From Pseudomonadota bacterium (GTDB lineage Bacteria; UBA10199; 2-02-FULL-44-16; JAAZCA01): DNA of 23,085 nt. Under the pieces are notes generated by a model. It ran no database searches. It worked only from the letters and a program-made list of their open reading frames with translations, and was not told the DNA's origin. The stretch lies in assembly GCA_043822785.1 (NCBI GenBank), contig JBDRBN010000122.1:1-23085 (forward strand), written 5' to 3'. Shown piece after piece: positions 17,044 to 23,085 of the stretch. Made by a program: the position numbers and the translations under genes. The first letter of the stretch is position 1, and every line of letters begins with the position of its first letter.

Positions 17044-17191
17044 ACAATAGTTTGATTGCGTAGGGAAAAGATAACTACCTAGAATTACATGCTTATTTAC
17101 AATTTGACTCTTTAGAAATTTGCTCTGTATCAACGCCTAAAGTTCTTATCATTATAATAGTCTCTTATTCCTTGATCACTACACAAAAAGC

Positions 17192-17227
17192 ATATACACT
17201 TTTTATGTATATACAAAAAGTGTATAT
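17192..17227. promoter_or_regulatory. operator-like palindrome upstream of the ATPase gene
   Basis: ATATACACTTTTT...AAAAAGTGTATAT perfect 13-bp arms with inner TGTATATACA. Confidence 0.55.
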
Positions 17228-17240
17228 TGATGGAGCGTAT

Positions 17241-18371
17241 ATGAAAAACCCCTTTCGATACGGTGTACCGGTGAGCGGCGATTATTATTTTCCTCGGCCT
17301 GATTTTTCGCAAAGGCTTTTACCGTACACTCTGTCGGGTCAGAAAATTCTTCTCTATGGTCGAAGGAGATTTGGTAAAACTTCGTTTTTGAAAGAATACG
17401 CTGATACCCTTAATGCGAATGGCGTTACACCTCTCTTCATAGACGTCTATCCCATAACATCCTTACGCGACTTTCTTCATGCCCTCTCCGCCGGCATCAA
17501 GGAGAGTGGGATTCTTTCGATGACGGAGCGAGTGAAAAAGATCGTTTTTGATCTGTTCCGTACTCGTCCCCGCCTTGCTATGGAAGGCGATTCAACGGCT
17601 CTTGATTTTTTTGTGCCTTCACTAAAGGACGACGAAATTAAATCGGCCATTGAAGATACCATTCGACTTTTTGGGAGGCTTGCTTTGGAGCAACAGATCA
17701 TCATCATCTTCGATGAATTCCAAAAAATTGCGGAGATTGATGACGCCGGCTGGCTTGAGGGATCGCTTAGGAGCGAAATACAGAAACAGGCGGCTGTACC
17801 TTATATTTTCTGCGGCTCGCGCCGAGGTCTCATTTTGGACATGTTTCAAAATCCTTCAAGGCCGTTTTACCAAATGTGTACCGCTATCGAACTTCCACGT
17901 TTGCAAGACGATTTTGCCGAATGGCTGCGCAAGAAACTGCTCGGTGCAAAGGTGGAGATTGATTCTGAGACGTCGATTGCATTGATGGAGAAGATCGACT
18001 GGAGCCCCAACTACGCGCAGATGATCGCATTTCATCTTGTGGCAGATCCACCTGATGGAAGCGTGAGTGTGGATGATATAGATATCGTTTTAGATGCACT
18101 ATGCCAACTGAACGGCTATACTTATATGACGCTCTATGATTCGCTCGGTGCGAATGCACAGCGACTTTTACGCATGGTTGCAAAAAATCCGGGACAGAGT
18201 CCCTTTCGACAGGAGCTGATGTCTGAATTCGGATTAAAGACTTCGGGCGTTCAGTCCGCTATCCGCAGCCTGATCAATCGACACATCCTTGATGACGCGA
18301 CATCGGGCGGTAATGTTTATTTTGACGATCCACTTTTTTCGCGGTGGCTCAGAACTAGGCTGGGGTATTGA
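17241..18371 (+). CDS. P-loop (STAND/archaeal-ATPase-like) ATP-binding protein with C-terminal winged helix
   Basis: MKNPFRYG start with GGAG RBS; Walker A YGRRRFGKTS; Walker B IIIIFDEFQ; FCGS; C-terminal wHTH ending FDDPLFSRWL. Confidence 0.88.
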   Translation: MKNPFRYGVPVSGDYYFPRPDFSQRLLPYTLSGQKILLYGRRRFGKTSFLKEYADTLNANGVTPLFIDVYPITSLRDFLHALSAGIKESGILSMTERVKKIVFDLFRTRPRLAMEGDSTALDFFVPSLKDDEIKSAIEDTIRLFGRLALEQQIIIIFDEFQKIAEIDDAGWLEGSLRSEIQKQAAVPYIFCGSRRGLILDMFQNPSRPFYQMCTAIELPRLQDDFAEWLRKKLLGAKVEIDSETSIALMEKIDWSPNYAQMIAFHLVADPPDGSVSVDDIDIVLDALCQLNGYTYMTLYDSLGANAQRLLRMVAKNPGQSPFRQELMSEFGLKTSGVQSAIRSLINRHILDDATSGGNVYFDDPLFSRWLRTRLGY

Positions 18372-18404
18372 AGGGCAAAAATCTATAGCCAAAAAGCGAT
18401 ATTA

Positions 18405-18547
18405 GGGCACCTCTAAAAACCTTCCGTTTGTCATTGCGAGCGACCAACGGGAGCGAAGCAATCTCCCCGCAAACAGCGATTCTACGGAGATTGCTTCGTC
18501 GGCTTCGTCTCCTCGCAATGACACTTCAAAGGTTTTTAGAGGTGCCC
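18405..18547. mobile_element. MITE-like element with perfect 19-bp terminal inverted repeats enclosing a REP-like hairpin
   Basis: GGGCACCTCTAAAAACCTT (18405-18423) / AAGGTTTTTAGAGGTGCCC (18529-18547). Confidence 0.78.
18430..18522. repeat. REP-like palindromic element
   Basis: GTCATTGCGAG...GAAGCAATCTCC...GGAGATTGCTTC...CTCGCAATGAC. Confidence 0.9.
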
Positions 18548-18569
18548 ATTAGAAATTAGAAATTAGAGG

Positions 18570-18605
18570 AATGAAAATGGGGCTGAGAACAGCCCCATTT
18601 TCATT
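18570..18605. terminator. intrinsic terminator-like hairpin 3' of tRNA-Gly (possibly bidirectional)
   Basis: AATGAAAATGGGGCTG-AGAA-CAGCCCCATTTTCATT perfect 16-bp stem. Confidence 0.8.
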
Positions 18606-18606
18606 G

Positions 18607-18677
18607 AGCGGGTGAAGGGAATCGAACCCTCGTAACGAGCTTGGGAAGCTCGTGTTCTACCATTGAACTACACCCGC
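18607..18677 (-). tRNA. tRNA-Gly (anticodon CCC), CCA not encoded
   Basis: minus strand GCGGGTGTAGTTCAATGGTAGAACACGAGCTTCCCAAGCTCGTTACGAGGGTTCGATTCCCTTCACCCGCT folds as a cloverleaf; followed by CAA rather than CCA. Confidence 0.97.
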
Positions 18678-18718
18678 CTGATAAAATTCCAAGTAACAAA
18701 TTCCAAACCAGTTGTGCG

Positions 18719-18747
18719 GCTATATCAATGCAAGCGGATGTATGCAA
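18719..18747 (-). promoter_or_regulatory. putative sigma70 promoter of tRNA-Gly
   Basis: TTGCAT-17 nt-TATAGC on the minus strand about 40 nt upstream of the tRNA. Confidence 0.4.
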
Positions 18748-18777
18748 GAGGCTAAAAATTGCATTTTAAACTATCGA

Positions 18778-18954
18778 CTATGCATTCTTCCACTTTCTCC
18801 ACGCCTCATTTTCTCTTTTAACCCTTTTGTGCATTTCTTCCTGTTCTTCCCAGTAGCTTTTTTTGACTTCTGATTTTGATGCAAATCTTCCCTTGCGCAT
18901 TGCGGTTGCTTTCATCTTGCCTGGAACAGAAACTGACATTTTTAATTTTGCCAT
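18778..18954 (-). CDS. 58-aa small protein, ribbon-helix-helix (ParD/CopG)-like N-terminus; not in ORF track
   Basis: hand translation MAKLKMSVSVPGKMKATAMRKGRFASKSEVKKSYWEEQEEMHKRVKRENEAWRKWKNA; AAAGGAGG RBS 6 nt before ATG; extended -10 TGGTATAAT at 18984-18992. Confidence 0.7.
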   Translation of the reverse strand: MAKLKMSVSVPGKMKATAMRKGRFASKSEVKKSYWEEQEEMHKRVKRENEAWRKWKNA

Positions 18955-19069
18955 ATTCTGCCTCCTTTGCCATTTTCAATTAAATTATACCACAAAAACC
19001 CCTTTAGAGCACCCTGCCTGCCTCAGGCATGTACTTGATTTTAATGCCTATACCCTATAAAAAAGTTCT

Positions 19070-21310
19070 ATGCCTATTGTAGGTACCAATATTTCCCGTC
19101 TTGATGGTATAGATAAAGTCACAGGAAAAGCCCTATACGTTGACGATATCGAGATGCCTGGCATGTGGCACGGGGCCGTGGTTCGCTCTTCTATACCTCA
19201 CGGCAGACTGCGTGGCATCGAGAAAGACCCTTCATTTGACTGGAGCAAGGTTGTCATAGCTGATGCATCTGATATCCTTGGCAAGAACTGCGTTGCCATG
19301 ATCGGGGAGGATCTGCCCCTCATCGTAGATAGTGTGACAAAGCATGTGGGAGAAGCTGTGCTTCTTATCGCTGCTCCAACGCGGGAGCTTGCGCTTGAGG
19401 CTGTATCACGTGTGAAGGTTAGTTTTGATGAGATGAAGCCCATATTTTCGATAGAGGATTCGGATAAGATCATCGCTCAATACGAGATCACAAAGGGCGA
19501 TGTGGATAAGGCTTTTGAAAAAGCAGATGTCATCGTCGAGGGCACCTATCGCATGGGCCATCAGGAGCACATATACATAGAGACCCAGGGCATGATCGCA
19601 AGTATTGATAATGAAAAGCTTAAAGTCATGGGTTCCATGCAGTGTCCATATTATATATCGCGCGCGCTATCCATTCTTATGGATATGCCAGAGGAGTCTA
19701 TATCTGTCAGACAAACCGTTGTAGGCGGCGCGTTTGGCGGCAAGGAGGATTATCCATCCGTGCTCGCCGGCTATGCAGCCGTGCTTGCAAAAAAATGCAA
19801 CAGGCCGGTCAAAATTGTATATGACAGAAGTGAGGATACACTCGCAACCACCAAGCGCCATCCGGCAATAGTTCACCATCGCACAGGGGTAAAAAAAGAC
19901 GGCACGCTCGTTGCCATGGATATTCTCTATAAGCTGGATGCCGGCGCATATGTTACGCTAACGCCTGTTGTGCTTTCGCGCGGCATAATACACAGCCCAG
20001 GGCCTTATCGATGCAAAAACGTGCGCAGCAGGGCGTATGCATATGAAACCAATACGCCGCCAAACGGCGCGTTTAGGGGCTTTGGCGCACCCCAGGCGTT
20101 TTTTCCGCTCGAGGTGCATATGGATCGGATTGCAGAGGATCTTGGAATTTCGCCCCTTAAGCTGAGGCAGAAAAATTGTTTGCGCGACGGCGATGAGACA
20201 GCAACAGGGCAATTGCTAAAAGGCAGCGTGGGAAGCGAGGAGGTTCTTAAAGAGGCTACGAAAAGATCTGATTTCGAAAACCGATTTAAAAAATATGCAA
20301 ACGCATCTAAAGGCTCTCGGATCAGGCGCGGCATAGGCATGTCGTTTTTTATGCACGGAGCCGGGTTCACAGGATCCGGCGAGGCCATTCTCAAAGGCAA
20401 GGCAGGGCTTAGGCTGGATGCCGATGGAAAGATATGCGTGCTCACTGCGTGCACAGAGATGGGACAGGGCGCTCATACTGTTATTCCCCAGATGGTTGCA
20501 GATCATTTGGGTATAGATCTATCATGCATATCGATCGAGACTCCTGACACCGCGATCGTTCCAAACAGCGGCCCCACGGTTGCGTCGCGCACCACGATGA
20601 TCATGGGAGTTGTGCTTGGCAAATGCGCTGCAAAGCTTAGGAGTGAACTCATAAACTTTGCCTCTGAAAAATATAGGGCTCATGCTTCCGCTCTTTCATT
20701 ACAAGGAGAGCATCTAAAAAAAGACGGAAACAACATCGCAAAGATAAGCGATCTCGTAAAATCATATCTATCTGAACGAGGTCCGCTTACAATTATCGAT
20801 CACTATGAACTTCCGCCTGATATCAAATGGGATGAGAAAACGTATCGCGGAGATGCGTATCCCACATACTCTTGGGGCTGTGACGTTGCAGAGGTAGAAG
20901 TGGATATGGATACGTTTGAGGTGCGCGTCATCAAGATGTGGCTTGCCCAGGATATAGGCAGGGCCGTAAATCCCAAGCTTGCACAAGGCCAGATAGAGGG
21001 GGGCACGCTGCAGGCGCTGGGCTATGCGATCATGGAAAAACACGCCCTTGATAAAGGCAGATTTTTAAGCGACCGTTTGCAGACTTATATTATACCAACT
21101 GCCATGGATGCGCCTGAGATGGACACCGTGATAGTTGAAAAGGCATATGAACATGGCCCTATGGGAGCAAAGGGCGTGGGCGAACTTCCCATGGATGGCG
21201 GGGCGCCTGCAATTGCGAATGCAGTTGCAAATGCGACGGGGATAAGGATTAACGAATTGCCCATAACACCTGAGAAACTGTTTGAGCAGTGGAGGTATGA
21301 GCGGTCATGA
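19070..21310 (+). CDS. xanthine dehydrogenase family molybdopterin-binding (large) subunit
   Basis: [56 protein letters not shown]. Confidence 0.96.
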   Translation: MPIVGTNISRLDGIDKVTGKALYVDDIEMPGMWHGAVVRSSIPHGRLRGIEKDPSFDWSKVVIADASDILGKNCVAMIGEDLPLIVDSVTKHVGEAVLLIAAPTRELALEAVSRVKVSFDEMKPIFSIEDSDKIIAQYEITKGDVDKAFEKADVIVEGTYRMGHQEHIYIETQGMIASIDNEKLKVMGSMQCPYYISRALSILMDMPEESISVRQTVVGGAFGGKEDYPSVLAGYAAVLAKKCNRPVKIVYDRSEDTLATTKRHPAIVHHRTGVKKDGTLVAMDILYKLDAGAYVTLTPVVLSRGIIHSPGPYRCKNVRSRAYAYETNTPPNGAFRGFGAPQAFFPLEVHMDRIAEDLGISPLKLRQKNCLRDGDETATGQLLKGSVGSEEVLKEATKRSDFENRFKKYANASKGSRIRRGIGMSFFMHGAGFTGSGEAILKGKAGLRLDADGKICVLTACTEMGQGAHTVIPQMVADHLGIDLSCISIETPDTAIVPNSGPTVASRTTMIMGVVLGKCAAKLRSELINFASEKYRAHASALSLQGEHLKKDGNNIAKISDLVKSYLSERGPLTIIDHYELPPDIKWDEKTYRGDAYPTYSWGCDVAEVEVDMDTFEVRVIKMWLAQDIGRAVNPKLAQGQIEGGTLQALGYAIMEKHALDKGRFLSDRLQTYIIPTAMDAPEMDTVIVEKAYEHGPMGAKGVGELPMDGGAPAIANAVANATGIRINELPITPEKLFEQWRYERS

Positions 21311-21510
21311 CCAAAGAAAAAGCAAAACCTTGCCCTCATTGCGGCAAAAAAGCACAATGGAAGGATAATCCATATCGCCCGTTTTGTTCAGAGCGGTGTA
21401 AGCTTATCGACCTGGGCGGGTGGGCATCTGAGAAATATAGGATAGCTGGTGAAAAGGCAGGCGGGGGAGAATTGGAAAAGGATGAGGAACGTAGTGAGGA
21501 TGAGGAGTAG
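21307..21510 (+). CDS. yacG: DNA gyrase inhibitor YacG
   Basis: CPHCGK...[24 protein letters not shown] zinc finger with acidic tail. Confidence 0.95.
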   Translation: MTKEKAKPCPHCGKKAQWKDNPYRPFCSERCKLIDLGGWASEKYRIAGEKAGGGELEKDEERSEDEE

Positions 21511-21550
21511 ATATATATGCCAGCAATGACAGCTCATATAAGGATATTAA

Positions 21551-22822
21551 ATGAGTAATGAAATAACAGGTTTTCGGGCAAGAATCCTAAATCCAGACGG
21601 GCCTGAATCAGTGCTGGATATCCGCGACGGCATGCTGGTCGTTGACTCATCCGGCCGTATCGTATCGTGTGGCCCCTTTGATCTTAACTTCCAAGGCCAG
21701 TTCATCGAATTCAAAAACCGAGTGATCATACCAGGCTTAATCGATGTGCACAGCCACATACCCCAGCTCGATGTGAGAGGCAGGCATGGGGCCACGCTTC
21801 TTAAATGGCTGGATCGATATATCTTTCCTGCAGAAAGGGCGTTTCACGACATAAAGGTTGTAAACGATGTAGCAATCAGGTTTTTTAAAAAACTCATACT
21901 CAACGGCACGACCACAGCAGGGTTGTATTCAACAGTCCACTTTGAAGCAACTGACCGCTGCTTTGAGATCGCAGCTGCATCGGGCGTACGGTGCTATATC
22001 GGCAAGGTGATGATGGACATGCATTCGCCTTCGGAACTTGCCGAAGACACAAAAACTTCATTAACACAGAGCGAAAAACTGTGCGCGAAGTGGCACGCTG
22101 CTTGCGGCGGCAGGCTGAGTTATGCGTTTACCCCGCGCTTTGCTCCAACCTGCAGCATGGAGCTGATGAAGGGCGCTGCAAACCTGGCAAGCCAGGCGGG
22201 CGCCTATATTCAAACGCATATCGCAGAGACAAAAGACGAAAACCAGCGCGTTCGCGAGATATTTCCCAAGCATAAAGACTATGTAGAAGTTTATGAAGAC
22301 GCAGGAATCCTTGGTCCAAAGACCGTACTCGGGCACGCCATCCATCTTTCAGATGACGAGATCAAACGCCTGGCAGCAAGCCAGGCCAAGATCGCTCATT
22401 GCCCCACATCCAACTTTTTCTTAAAGAGCGGGCGCATGCCTGCAAGAAAGATCGAAGAAGCAGGTCTTACATACGGTTTAGGCACTGACGTGGGCGCTGG
22501 CACTTCCATGTCCATGTTTGTGGAAATGAGGCATGCGGATTTTACTCAGCAGGCAATGGAGATAACGCCTGAGAAGGCGTTTTGGCTGGCAACTCAGGCT
22601 GGCGCAAAAACGCTTTCTATGGAAAATGATGTGGGAAGTTTGGACTCGGGAAAATATGCAGACTTTTGCGTGATAGATATCACTGGAATAGATCCCAGGT
22701 ATCGACTTTCTGAGCTGGGTGCTGATGAAATCCTTTCTCTGCTCATGTATCGCGGTGACAGCAGGGCAATAGAAGCTGCCTATGTTGCCGGCCAAAAGCT
22801 CAACGTCGACGCCATCGGTTAA
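21551..22822 (+). CDS. guaD: guanine deaminase
   Basis: PGLIDVHSHIPQ, LLKWLDRYIFPAE, GKVMMD, TPRFAPTCS, QTHIAE, HCPTSNFFL.SG, GTDVGAG. Confidence 0.95.
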   Translation: MSNEITGFRARILNPDGPESVLDIRDGMLVVDSSGRIVSCGPFDLNFQGQFIEFKNRVIIPGLIDVHSHIPQLDVRGRHGATLLKWLDRYIFPAERAFHDIKVVNDVAIRFFKKLILNGTTTAGLYSTVHFEATDRCFEIAAASGVRCYIGKVMMDMHSPSELAEDTKTSLTQSEKLCAKWHAACGGRLSYAFTPRFAPTCSMELMKGAANLASQAGAYIQTHIAETKDENQRVREIFPKHKDYVEVYEDAGILGPKTVLGHAIHLSDDEIKRLAASQAKIAHCPTSNFFLKSGRMPARKIEEAGLTYGLGTDVGAGTSMSMFVEMRHADFTQQAMEITPEKAFWLATQAGAKTLSMENDVGSLDSGKYADFCVIDITGIDPRYRLSELGADEILSLLMYRGDSRAIEAAYVAGQKLNVDAIG

Positions 22823-22850
22823 ATCCCAAATTATTCCTTAAAAACAGACG

Positions 22851-22928
22851 GTTGCAGCAATAAAAGCGTCGGACGCTTATTTTGCGTTATATAACAATGA
22901 GTTGCAGCAACAAAAGCGTCCGACACCT
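22851..22928. repeat. two 28-bp direct repeats (50-bp period) ending in short palindromes
   Basis: GTTGCAGCAATAAAAGCGTCGGACGCTT and GTTGCAGCAACAAAAGCGTCCGACACCT, followed by a T-run. Confidence 0.75.
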
Positions 22929-22948
22929 TTTTTTATTATCTGTTAACT

Positions 22949-23085
22949 CAGTAGTGTCCGGTTTAAAGTAGTTGAAATGCCAATTGATTCTGAACGTTCG
23001 GCGGTTTGAAGCGTGCGAATTTGCGATGGAGAAGATCGCCGAGCGACAATTTTCGAAAGAGGTTCATCTGCACAAGCCTCGTTAT
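22949..23085 (-). mobile_element. right end of a probable IS4-family insertion sequence (continues beyond window)
   Basis: minus-strand open frame ends in TAA directly followed by ACCGGACACTACTG, an IS4-type terminal repeat. Confidence 0.7.
22963..23085 (-). CDS. C-terminus of probable IS4-family transposase (partial)
   Basis: hand translation ITRLVQMNLFRKLSLGDLLHRKFARFKPPNVQNQLAFQLL*, matching the (L/M)NLF...LL...QL tail I recall for IS4-family transposases. Confidence 0.65.
   Translation of the reverse strand: MTRLVQMNLFRKLSLGDLLHRKFARFKPPNVQNQLAFQLL

Noticed and set aside
16784..17312. Minus-strand ORFs 16784..17038, 16828..17133 and 17130..17312
   Set aside because: No RBS or protein-like composition; they overlap structured, repeat or promoter DNA.
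18863..19060. Plus-strand 65-aa ORF
   Set aside because: TTG start without RBS; antisense to the better supported 58-aa gene.
19070..21310. Aerobic CO dehydrogenase CoxL
   Set aside because: The active-site loop is AFRGFG, not AYRCSFR; guaD context favours purine hydroxylation.
388..22795. Numerous short ORFs nested in or antisense to the called genes
   Set aside because: Shadow frames of well-supported CDSs with no motifs of their own.
22851..22928. Mini CRISPR array (repeats begin GTTGCA)
   Set aside because: Only two imperfect units, a 22-nt spacer and no cas genes in the window; the palindrome sits at the repeat end like a REP.

Overview
Bacterial chromosomal window (taxon not determinable from the sequence alone). 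The backbone is a dispersed purine-catabolism and molybdo-enzyme gene set: xdhC, mocA-like, FAD, 2Fe-2S and Mo-binding subunits of a xanthine dehydrogenase-type enzyme, and guaD. It is interleaved with rarA, yacG, an SPFH protein, a TPR/beta-barrel protein, an alanine/glycine symporter, rtcB and tRNA-Gly(CCC). Two accessory blocks stand out. (1) At 4895-7014, an HTH-fused MNT/HEPN toxin-antitoxin pair, an XRE regulator with three evenly spaced operator-like sites and a divergent orphan sit between the 2Fe-2S and FAD subunit genes. (2) Directly after rtcB, a ~1.8 kb four-gene orphan cassette is bounded by 34-bp direct repeats. Each repeat copy is preceded by strongly base-paired sequence, including an inverted pair of 46-nt hairpins with compensatory changes, and the cassette contains a three-way-junction RNA-like motif able to sequester a ribosome-binding site. 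Intergenic DNA also shows recurring nested repeats: REP-like hairpins inside MITE-like terminal inverted repeats next to 7-mer arrays. Features absent from the ORF track are a 58-aa RHH-like gene and the 3' end of an IS4-family transposase at the right edge. All calls come from motif reading by eye; no database searches were run.
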